Shown here piece by piece: positions 56,886 to 64,000 of a stretch of 64,000 bases of DNA. Both the position numbers and the translations under genes were made by a program. The notes below the pieces were generated by a model. That model saw only the letters and a program-made list of their open reading frames with translations. It searched no databases and was not told the origin of the DNA. This DNA is from a virus. Taxonomy: Duplodnaviria; Heunggongvirae; Uroviricota; Caudoviricetes. Position 1 is the stretch's first letter; the number at the start of each line of letters is the position of its first letter. The stretch is from IMG/VR virus record IMGVR_UViG_3300028898_000252, positions 29,946 to 93,945 of that record; one strand, written 5' to 3'.

Positions 56886-57452
56886 TCATAAATCAGTCGC
56901 GGCAACATCTAAAAAAACTTCTTCTCCAACCAAAGAATTCAATTCTTGAATTGATCTTAAAATATTATTATCCTCTCTCATTCCTGGAATGAGAGGATAT
57001 TCTTTAATTCCTCCTTCTGTTAAAAACTTTAACCAATATAGATCATATCTGCCTTTCTCTTTCCCAATATACAAAGAATTGAATACAAGAAAATTTAGTA
57101 CACTATAACCAACTAAGTCGCCATTAACAAACCATTCTTTATATCCATTTATCCCAACAATAGCAGGTCCATCCGTTCTATGAAGTTTTCCTTTAATATA
57201 CCAATATTTGTCTCCATTTATTCTTTCGATAGCTGGACCGTCTTCTCGGTGAAGTTTATCTTCTTTATACCAGTTTTTACTTCCATTTTCCCATTCAATT
57301 ATTCCTGTATAGTTGTCGGGAATATATCCACTAAGTTTCAGTTTCAAAACTTCCATGACTGTTTTCATTTCTCTTTCATGTAGAACAAATCTTCTTAATC
57401 CAATCCCAAAGCTCTTTATCAGTTTCCATTCCAGGAATAATAGGAAACTCAA
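56886..57452 (-). CDS. MORN-like repeat paralog family protein (true start probably near 57368, MKTVMEV)
   Basis: Three repeats plus YWLKFLTEGGIKEYPLIPGM. The N-terminal 28 aa in the track are probably extension. Confidence 0.65.
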   Translation of the reverse strand: MSFLLFLEWKLIKSFGIGLRRFVLHEREMKTVMEVLKLKLSGYIPDNYTGIIEWENGSKNWYKEDKLHREDGPAIERINGDKYWYIKGKLHRTDGPAIVGINGYKEWFVNGDLVGYSVLNFLVFNSLYIGKEKGRYDLYWLKFLTEGGIKEYPLIPGMREDNNILRSIQELNSLVGEEVFLDVAATDL

Positions 57453-57807
57453 TTATCCCACCCACGCCTAAAACATAAATCCATTCTAAACCATACTTGC
57501 CTATCTCTTTCTTAAGAAAGAGATTTCCATCCAGCATCTCTTTATCGTATTCTTTTCCATCAACACCCCAAATAACAAACCCAGTTTTCCATTCAACGGC
57601 AGGTCCATCTATTCGGTGTAATAATCCATCAACCCACCATTCTTTAGCCCACCATTCTTTTTCTCTATCTTCATATTCCACAGCTGGGTTGTTAATTCTA
57701 TGTCTTTTTCCATCTTTAAACCAATATTTATATCCCGAGTTAAATATAACAATTCCTGTATAATCACTAGGAACTTGGCCCATGTTTTCCAGCTTTATTA
57801 TTTCCAT
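57376..57807 (-). CDS. MORN-like repeat paralog family protein
   Basis: Same repeat and C-terminal module. Confidence 0.7.
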   Translation of the reverse strand: MEIIKLENMGQVPSDYTGIVIFNSGYKYWFKDGKRHRINNPAVEYEDREKEWWAKEWWVDGLLHRIDGPAVEWKTGFVIWGVDGKEYDKEMLDGNLFLKKEIGKYGLEWIYVLGVGGIIEFPIIPGMETDKELWDWIKKICST

Positions 57808-58009
57808 TTGTTTCTCTTTCCATTGATTGGTTTTATATCAAAAACCCTGCAATTCCGAAACACATGAATTCAAAAACATCGTTTTATGGAATTTCCCTAG
57901 ATATTTTATACTTTCTCCTAGATGGAAAGTCAAAATTTTTTTCAATATTTCCCATCTTTTTTGGAAAAGAATTCAAGTTGAAGTTTAATCGCGGCAACAC
58001 CCACAAAAC
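57808..58009. repeat. conserved upstream intergenic cassette, copy C
   Basis: Near-identical to 54841-55003. Confidence 0.55.
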
Positions 58010-58438
58010 TCATAACAAAGAAATCAATCTCTTAATCTCTTCATAATCTTTCATCCCTAAAACAATAGGAAACTCTTCTATTCCTTCTTCTGTTAAAAAC
58101 TTAACCCATTCAATACCATATTTGCCTTTCTCTAATCCCATATAAGCTGCATACTTTGTATAAAAATCAAAATCGATTAAATCAAAACATCGAATATCCT
58201 CAACCCACCACTCTTTTGTTCCATTTGTTCGTTCAATTGCTGGGCCATCTATCCTATGACATTTTCCATCGGCCCACCATTCTTTTGTTCCATCCCAAAC
58301 CTCAATAGCTGGTCCATCTTCTCGATGGAGTTTACCCTCTTTATACCAAATTTTAGTCCCAATTTCATACTCAATTATTCCTGTATAATTCCCCGAAACA
58401 GCAACCCCAGCTTTTAACTTTAAAACCTCCATAGACAT
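58010..58438 (-). CDS. MORN-like repeat paralog family protein
   Basis: Three repeats plus IEWVKFLTEEGIEEFPIVLGM. Confidence 0.7.
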   Translation of the reverse strand: MSMEVLKLKAGVAVSGNYTGIIEYEIGTKIWYKEGKLHREDGPAIEVWDGTKEWWADGKCHRIDGPAIERTNGTKEWWVEDIRCFDLIDFDFYTKYAAYMGLEKGKYGIEWVKFLTEEGIEEFPIVLGMKDYEEIKRLISLL

Positions 58439-58454
58439 TTATCCTTCCACAACC

Positions 58455-58985
58455 TCAATCCATAACCCCTAATTCTTCCAATATCCCTTTGCAAATTTCT
58501 TTCTCTTCCATTCCTTTAATATAAGGAAACTCTTCAATCCCATTCTTATCCGTTAAAAACTTCATCCACTTAATACCATACTTTCCTATCTCATACCCAA
58601 AGTATAAAGAAGTGTCAAAAAGCATTCTTAAGCTAATTGCAGAAACCTCCTTGCTCTCAAGATAAAATGCTGTATATCCCGAGTTCACTTCAATAGCATA
58701 TCCATAAGGATTATGCAACTTTCCTTCTTTATACCATCTCTTTTCTCTATAGGTTATATCAAAAGTTTCAAATGCTGGGCCGCCTTCTCGATGAAGTAAT
58801 CCTTTCTTATACCAATATTTTCCCGCAACACCACCACCCATTTTCTCCGAAATAATCATTCCCGTGAAACCCATCCTCACACCACTTATATTGGGTTTTA
58901 ACCTTATAACCCTGTGTTTTGGCATCTTTTTTATTTGTCCTTTCTTAACAAATAAACCCACTCCACCAATACTCACCTTAGCCAC
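58455..58985 (-). CDS. MORN-like repeat paralog family protein (start probably near 58925)
   Basis: Repeats plus IKWMKFLTDKNGIEEFPYIKGME. The N-terminal 20 aa are likely extension. Confidence 0.65.
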   Translation of the reverse strand: MAKVSIGGVGLFVKKGQIKKMPKHRVIRLKPNISGVRMGFTGMIISEKMGGGVAGKYWYKKGLLHREGGPAFETFDITYREKRWYKEGKLHNPYGYAIEVNSGYTAFYLESKEVSAISLRMLFDTSLYFGYEIGKYGIKWMKFLTDKNGIEEFPYIKGMEEKEICKGILEELGVMD

Positions 58986-58989
58986 TCTA

Positions 58990-59110
58990 TCCGCACCGTC
59001 AACCCCTCCCTCTCTCTTTCCTACTTTAATTCCACTTTATTCCTCCTTCCACCTTCCCCCACTCCACAACCCCGCTACCCTCCACTTGCTGAATTAATTT
59101 CACATTGACC
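58990..59110 (+). repeat. polypyrimidine (C/T-rich) tract of about 120 nt
   Basis: ccccaccaatactcacc ... ccctccctctctctttcctactttaattccactttattcctccttccaccttccccc. A strong strand-composition anomaly inside the largest intergenic gap of the MORN array. Confidence 0.6.
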
Positions 59111-59277
59111 TTGCTCTAACTTATCGAAACTCTTGAACTATTCGTTGCGGTAGTTGACGCCCAACTGTTGCCCGTGTGTGTTGGTTCCCAAGACCAAAAA
59201 TTGAAACTAAAAGAAATTAAATGAAATGTTTGAGAAAGTAAAATTTTGAAGAAAAAGTTGAAAGAGTGAAATGTATC

Positions 59278-59477
59278 AAACCATGTGAAGAATTTAACAA
59301 GAATTTAATAGAAAATTAATCAAATTAATGAAGGTTTAACCATATGAGTTTTAATAGAAAATTAATCAAATTAATGAAGGTTTAACCAAATAGAAACCAT
59401 GTGAAGAATTTAACAAGAATTTAATAGAAAATTAATCAAATTAATGAAGGTTTAACCAAATAGAAACCAAATAGAAA
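59278..59477. repeat. tandem direct repeats (about 36-70 nt units, 3 copies)
   Basis: aatagaaaattaatcaaattaatgaaggtttaacca occurs three times. The longer unit aaaccatgtgaagaatttaacaagaattt...ccaaatagaaa occurs twice. ccaaatagaaa is reiterated. Confidence 0.75.
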
Positions 59478-59515
59478 GAAGTTTCAACCATGATATATCT
59501 TAACCAAGAAGAGAG

Positions 59516-60013
59516 TCAAGAGTTATAGGAATGGATTAACAACTTCTTAAAGTTTTTGTCTTGGTTCATACCTGGAATAAGAGGAAATTCTTCTATTCCT
59601 TCTTCTGTTAAGAACCTTAACCAAGGTAGGTTATGGTTGCCTTTTTCTGTTCCGAGATAAACAGCAAATTGAATTAAGTAAGAAAGTATTGCAGGAGCAT
59701 AATACATTCCTTCGATCCACCATTCTTTTTCTCCGTTTGGTAATTCAATAGCAGGACCATCAACTCTATGTCGTTTTCCCTCTTTATACCAATGTTTTTC
59801 TCCATTTGGGTATTCAATAGCTGGACCATCCTCTCGATGAGGTTTTCCTTCCTTGTACCAATATTTTGTTCCATCTGCGAATTCAACTGCTGGAGCATTC
59901 AATCTATGAAACGATCCTTCTTTATACCATTGTTTTGTTCCGTGTTCCCATTCAACAATTCCAGTAAACTTATTGGGAATATTTTCTTCATCTTTAAGTT
60001 TTATGGTATTCAT
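59516..60013 (-). CDS. MORN-like repeat paralog family protein (4 repeats)
   Basis: Same repeat and C-terminal module. Confidence 0.7.
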   Translation of the reverse strand: MNTIKLKDEENIPNKFTGIVEWEHGTKQWYKEGSFHRLNAPAVEFADGTKYWYKEGKPHREDGPAIEYPNGEKHWYKEGKRHRVDGPAIELPNGEKEWWIEGMYYAPAILSYLIQFAVYLGTEKGNHNLPWLRFLTEEGIEEFPLIPGMNQDKNFKKLLIHSYNS

Positions 60014-60405
60014 GGTATTGTTGCCCCGACTATTTGATTACGAAGACTTTTAAACAACTCCTGAAATGTTTTTAATTCCTCCATTCCAGGAACTATAGGA
60101 AACTCTTGGATTCCTTCTTCTTCTGTTAAGAACCTTAACCAATCAAGATCATATTTTCCTTTTTCGGTTCCAAGAAAGATTGAGAATTCAATAAGATTTT
60201 TTAATAGTCTATGGCCATAAAGAATTCCTTCGATCCACCATATTTTTGATCCATCAAAGTATTCGTTTGCTGGACCATCTATTCTATGTCTTTTTCCTTC
60301 TTTGAACCAACATTTAGATCCATTGCTACGGATAGCAATTCCTGTATACTTATCTGGAACTTCCGTAAATGAGATTACTTTTATTATGGTTTGTTGTTGA
60401 TTCAT
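60010..60405 (-). CDS. MORN-like repeat paralog family protein
   Basis: Same repeat and C-terminal module. ATGA overlap. Confidence 0.7.
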   Translation of the reverse strand: MNQQQTIIKVISFTEVPDKYTGIAIRSNGSKCWFKEGKRHRIDGPANEYFDGSKIWWIEGILYGHRLLKNLIEFSIFLGTEKGKYDLDWLRFLTEEEGIQEFPIVPGMEELKTFQELFKSLRNQIVGATIP

Positions 60406-60803
60406 GGTGATGTTGCCTCGATTATTTTGGCTTGTTTAAGCATCTCGACCGAGGCTTTAAACCACGGATCTGTTTCCATTCCAGGTATAATAGGAAACTT
60501 TTCGAATCCTTCTTCTGTCAAAAATGTTAGCCAATATAGGTTATAGTCGTCTTTTTCAGTTTTAATATAAATCCCGTCCTTTATCATCGTAAAAACACAC
60601 AACCAGGTATATTCTTCTCCATCAATCCACCATTCTTTATGACCAGTTGCCCATTCTCTTGCAGGTCCATCTTCTCGGTGGAGTAATCCATCTCTGTAAT
60701 AAAATTTAGATTGATTTTCGTTAATCGCAATACCAGTAAAGTTTTCTGGTATTTTTTCTCCAACTTTTAGTTGGAAAATGTTTCGCTGTTTTATTTGACT
60801 CAT
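60402..60803 (-). CDS. MORN-like repeat paralog family protein
   Basis: Same repeat and C-terminal module. ATGA overlap. Confidence 0.7.
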   Translation of the reverse strand: MSQIKQRNIFQLKVGEKIPENFTGIAINENQSKFYYRDGLLHREDGPAREWATGHKEWWIDGEEYTWLCVFTMIKDGIYIKTEKDDYNLYWLTFLTEEGFEKFPIIPGMETDPWFKASVEMLKQAKIIEATSP

Positions 60804-61246
60804 ATTGAGGTTGCCCCCGCCAATTGATCAATTTTAAAAAATAATTCATTATATTCTTGATCGATTTCCATTCCTGGAATAACCGCGAATTCTTCAATTC
60901 CTGTTTCTGTTAAGAATTTAAACCAATATAAATCATATTTTCCTTTTTCTTTCCTAAGATATATTGCGGTTTCAAAAAGATATTCTAGGTAATAAACATT
61001 ATAAACACTTTTATTAATCCACCATTCTTTATGTCCACTGGAATATTCAATTGCTGGTCCATCTACTCTATGAAGTTTATCTTCAATCCACCATTCTTTT
61101 GTTCCGCCTAGATATTCCACAGCTGGTCCATCTATTCTGTGAAGTTTGTCATTTTTGTACCAATACTTATTTCCATTTTCCGATTCAATAATTCCTGTAA
61201 AATTGCTTGGGGCAATTTCATGTTTTTTCAGTTTTATTGTTTTCAT
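60800..61246 (-). CDS. MORN-like repeat paralog family protein
   Basis: Same repeat and C-terminal module. Confidence 0.7.
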   Translation of the reverse strand: MKTIKLKKHEIAPSNFTGIIESENGNKYWYKNDKLHRIDGPAVEYLGGTKEWWIEDKLHRVDGPAIEYSSGHKEWWINKSVYNVYYLEYLFETAIYLRKEKGKYDLYWFKFLTETGIEEFAVIPGMEIDQEYNELFFKIDQLAGATSI

Positions 61247-61248
61247 TT

Positions 61249-61680
61249 TTATATTCCTAAAGTTTCGAATAGTTGTTTGAAACTTTCATCTTTATCCATC
61301 CCTGGAATGATCGGAAACTCCTTAATTCCTTGGGTTTCTGATAAAAACTTTAACCAATAAAGGTTATATTTTCCTTTTTCTTTCCCGAGAAAAATAGATG
61401 TTTTAATCAAGTGAGAAAGCATTTCAGGAGCATAACATTCATCTTGAATGTACCATTCGTTAACTCCATTTGCATATTCAATTGCTGGACCATCTAATCT
61501 ATGAATTAACCCTTCTACATACCAACAATTAGTTTTATTGTCATTATATTCAGCAGCTGGGCCATTTTCTCTATGAAGCAATCCTTCTTTATACCAAAAC
61601 TTGGTTCCATCTACATGTTCTACAATTCCTGTATAATTTGATGGGGGCTCTTGATTTTCTTTTAGTTTTAAGGTATTCAT
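61249..61680 (-). CDS. MORN-like repeat paralog family protein
   Basis: Same repeat and C-terminal module. Confidence 0.7.
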   Translation of the reverse strand: MNTLKLKENQEPPSNYTGIVEHVDGTKFWYKEGLLHRENGPAAEYNDNKTNCWYVEGLIHRLDGPAIEYANGVNEWYIQDECYAPEMLSHLIKTSIFLGKEKGKYNLYWLKFLSETQGIKEFPIIPGMDKDESFKQLFETLGI

Positions 61681-62126
61681 GGTATTGGTGCCGTTTTTGT
61701 TTCTTTATCAAGACTTTCAAACGAGATTTTAAGCTCTTCATATTGCCACATACCAGGAATAATTGGGAATTCATAAATTTCATCTTCTGTTAAGAATCTT
61801 AGCCATTCAAGATTGAACTTACTTTTTTCTTTTCCAAGATAAACAGATGTTTGAATGAGCTCGTCTAGCAACGTACAGTTAAAAATATTATCATCGATCC
61901 ACCATTCTTTTGATCCATCACTCCACTCAATCGCTGGGCCGTCTATTCGGTGCCGTTTATCTTCTATATACCAAAGTTTTGTGCCGTTTAACCATTCAAT
62001 AGCAGGACCATCAGTTCGATGATATTTTCCTTCTTTAAGAAATACTTTGTTTCCGTCTTCGTATTCCACAATACCTGTAAAGTTTTTTGGAATTTGTCTT
62101 CTGGAAGTTATTTTTAGCATATTCAT
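61677..62126 (-). CDS. MORN-like repeat paralog family protein
   Basis: Same repeat and C-terminal module. ATGA overlap. Confidence 0.7.
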   Translation of the reverse strand: MNMLKITSRRQIPKNFTGIVEYEDGNKVFLKEGKYHRTDGPAIEWLNGTKLWYIEDKRHRIDGPAIEWSDGSKEWWIDDNIFNCTLLDELIQTSVYLGKEKSKFNLEWLRFLTEDEIYEFPIIPGMWQYEELKISFESLDKETKTAPIP

Positions 62127-62148
62127 GCTGTTGCTGCCCCGAATGTTT

Positions 62149-62616
62149 TTATTGAGCTGAAGACCTTATAATGGACTGAATGGAATCAGGGAGAGAGGAA
62201 ACAAACTTATTGATATACCTTAAAGAATATGGATAACCTGGGAGGATAGGGTGTTCAGTAATTCCTTGTTCTGTTAGAAACAAAAGCCAGGGAATGTTAT
62301 ATTTTCCGTTTGGCTCGGCAGAAAGAAAGATAGAATTGGATAACAAGATTTCAATAGTTTTGGAGCCATGATAGTGGTTATCGTCTATATACCAAAATTT
62401 GGCTCCATGTTGATATTCAATTGCTGGGCCATCGATTCTATGAAGTAAGCCTTCTTTATACCAAAACTTATCTCCATTATCCCATTCACAAGCAGGACCA
62501 TCTATTCGATGTTGTTTTCCTTCTTTATACCAATATTTGGTTCCATTTTCCCATTCAATAATTCCTGTATAGTATTCTGGAATAGGTTCTTCATTTTTCA
62601 GTTTTATCGTATTCAT
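62149..62616 (-). CDS. MORN-like repeat paralog family protein
   Basis: Same repeat and C-terminal module. Confidence 0.7.
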   Translation of the reverse strand: MNTIKLKNEEPIPEYYTGIIEWENGTKYWYKEGKQHRIDGPACEWDNGDKFWYKEGLLHRIDGPAIEYQHGAKFWYIDDNHYHGSKTIEILLSNSIFLSAEPNGKYNIPWLLFLTEQGITEHPILPGYPYSLRYINKFVSSLPDSIQSIIRSSAQ

Positions 62617-63116
62617 GTTATTGGTGTCGTTTTGATTTCATCAAGATTTTGAAATAGTTCCCTAAACCATAAGGCGTTGTGCATTCCAGGAATAATTGGA
62701 AATTCTTCAATTCTTTGTTCTGTTAGGAACTTTAACCAACATAAGTTATATTTGCCGTTTTCTTTTCCAAGAAAAAGGAAATAGTTGATAAATTTTTCTA
62801 GATCCGACTGGTTATAGAATTTTCCTTCAATCCACCATTCTTTTATCCCATCATTCCATTCGACTGCTGAACCATCTATTCTATGAAGTTTTCCTTTTTC
62901 ATACCAGAGTTTTGATCCATTTGCGTATTCAATAGCTGGACCATCTATTCTGTGAAGTTTTCCTTCTTTATACCAGAATTTTGCTCCGTCTGCCCATTCA
63001 ACAGCTGGTCCATCTTCTCTGTGGAGTAATCCATCTTTATACCAATATTTGGTTCCATTTTCCCATTCAACAATTCCTGTATATTTTTCACTATTTTTTG
63101 GTTTCAAAATTTTCAT
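62613..63116 (-). CDS. MORN-like repeat paralog family protein (4-5 repeats)
   Basis: Same repeat and C-terminal module. ATGA overlap. Confidence 0.7.
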   Translation of the reverse strand: MKILKPKNSEKYTGIVEWENGTKYWYKDGLLHREDGPAVEWADGAKFWYKEGKLHRIDGPAIEYANGSKLWYEKGKLHRIDGSAVEWNDGIKEWWIEGKFYNQSDLEKFINYFLFLGKENGKYNLCWLKFLTEQRIEEFPIIPGMHNALWFRELFQNLDEIKTTPIT

Positions 63117-63119
63117 GCT

Positions 63120-63563
63120 TTATGTCCCTAAAGTTTTTAGGAGGAGTGGTTTAAAATTTTCATCTTTTTCCATTCCTGGTATGATTGGAAACTCTTCGAC
63201 CCCATTTTCTGATAAAAATTTTAACCAATATAAGTTATATTTGCCCTTTTCGGTTCCTAAATAAATCATATTATCTATATGATGTTTTAGAATTTTAGCA
63301 CTCATGATATTTCCATCAATATGCCATCGATTTTTATACTTGTTTTGATATTCAACTGCTGGGCCATCGAGTCGATGCCACAATCCATTTTTGTACCAAC
63401 ATTTGGTTCCATCTGAATATTCAACCGCAGGACCATCTTCTCGGTGAATCATTCCTTTTTTTCTCCATTCCTTGGTTCCATTTTCCCGTTCAACAATTCC
63501 TGTATAGTATTCTGGAATAGGTTCTTCGTTTTTCAGTTTTAATGTTGTTTGTTGTTGGTTCAT
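63120..63563 (-). CDS. MORN-like repeat paralog family protein
   Basis: Same repeat and C-terminal module. Confidence 0.7.
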   Translation of the reverse strand: MNQQQTTLKLKNEEPIPEYYTGIVERENGTKEWRKKGMIHREDGPAVEYSDGTKCWYKNGLWHRLDGPAVEYQNKYKNRWHIDGNIMSAKILKHHIDNMIYLGTEKGKYNLYWLKFLSENGVEEFPIIPGMEKDENFKPLLLKTLGT

Positions 63564-63943
63564 GTTATTGATGCCGCGATCGTTTTTTGGTTAAGGGATT
63601 CAAACAAAGTTTTAAATTCTTTGCATTCTTCCATTCCTGGAACAATGGGAAACTCTTGGATTCCTTGATTTTCTGTTAGGAACCTTAAACAACACAGGTT
63701 ATGGTTGCCTTTTTCGGCTCCAAGATAAATCGCTTTTTGAATTAGTTCAAAAAGTTTTTTGACATTATTTTCTTTTCCTTCAATCCACCATTGTTTATAT
63801 CCATCTGAAAATTCACAAGCAGGACCATCTAATCTATGAAGTTTTCCTTCTTTATACCAATATTTTGGTCCATTTTCCCATTCGATAATTCCTGTATAGT
63901 GTTCAGGAACATGTTCTTTTAGTTTTAGTTTTATTGTTTTCAT
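63560..63943 (-). CDS. MORN-like repeat paralog family protein
   Basis: Same repeat and C-terminal module. ATGA overlap. The array probably continues beyond the window end. Confidence 0.7.
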   Translation of the reverse strand: MKTIKLKLKEHVPEHYTGIIEWENGPKYWYKEGKLHRLDGPACEFSDGYKQWWIEGKENNVKKLFELIQKAIYLGAEKGNHNLCCLRFLTENQGIQEFPIVPGMEECKEFKTLFESLNQKTIAASIT

Positions 63944-64000
63944 TTTTATTTATTTGTTTTTTTGTGTGCTACATTTGTAGTTTTAAATGGTCATAATAAG

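Noticed and set aside
59278-59477. Possible CRISPR array
   Set aside because: The repeats are AT-rich and variable in unit length. They have no unique spacers of regular size, and no cas genes lie nearby. They are tandem direct repeats, not a CRISPR.
1-64000. Eukaryotic giant-virus origin, suggested by MORN repeats, the AT-rich genome, the tRNA cluster and radical SAM
   Set aside because: The window has a sigma-70 family factor, TTGACA-N17-TATAAT-type promoters, a bacterial-type initiator tRNA with an unpaired 1:72, lipoprotein lipoboxes and ATGA-coupled operons. These point to a bacterial virus or bacterial context.

Overview
This is an AT-rich, densely coding window with no ribosomal or other housekeeping genes. 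It most resembles a jumbo or mega bacteriophage, or a phage-like element. I rule out a eukaryotic giant virus: the window has a sigma-70 family factor, canonical TTGACA-N17-TAnnnT promoters and a bacterial-type initiator tRNA.

Layout:
- 1-7900: a minus-strand array of at least 11 tRNAs plus 2-3 degenerate tRNA-like elements. They are separated by a recurring inverted-repeat spacer and small ORFs, and interrupted by a Walker-A/B NTPase gene.
- 8000-24100: a minus-strand block containing a minimal nucleotidyltransferase, a Zn-ribbon protein, a radical SAM enzyme, a GHKL/Hsp90-like ATPase, a metallophosphoesterase and large proteins of unknown function.
- 24400-33500: a plus-strand accessory block. 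It carries a DEDDh exonuclease, a DarG/TARG1-type macrodomain next to an ADP-ribosylglycohydrolase, a SLOG/YpsA-like protein, a Pth2-like peptidyl-tRNA hydrolase, an HD hydrolase, an amber-suppressor tRNA(CUA) with its own sigma70-type promoter, and a GC-rich SPFH lipoprotein gene.
- 33547-38294 (plus strand) and 54042-63943 (minus strand): two arrays totalling about 27 paralogs of a small MORN-like-repeat protein family.
- 38300-54000: central module with a sigma-70 factor, two AAA+ ATPases (one MoxR type paired with a VWA/metallopeptidase-like protein) and Q/P-rich proteins of unknown function.

Key inference: TAG is probably read as a sense codon, at least conditionally. The Pth2-like gene has an in-frame TAG at codon 4 with no alternative start. 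A TAG-TAA tandem ends another gene. A single TAG separates the exonuclease from an in-frame downstream ORF. The suppressor tRNA lies about 1 kb from these sites. TAG is otherwise rare as a terminator, and most genes end in TAA or TGA.

Every functional call rests on motifs read by eye. None is verified by database search.
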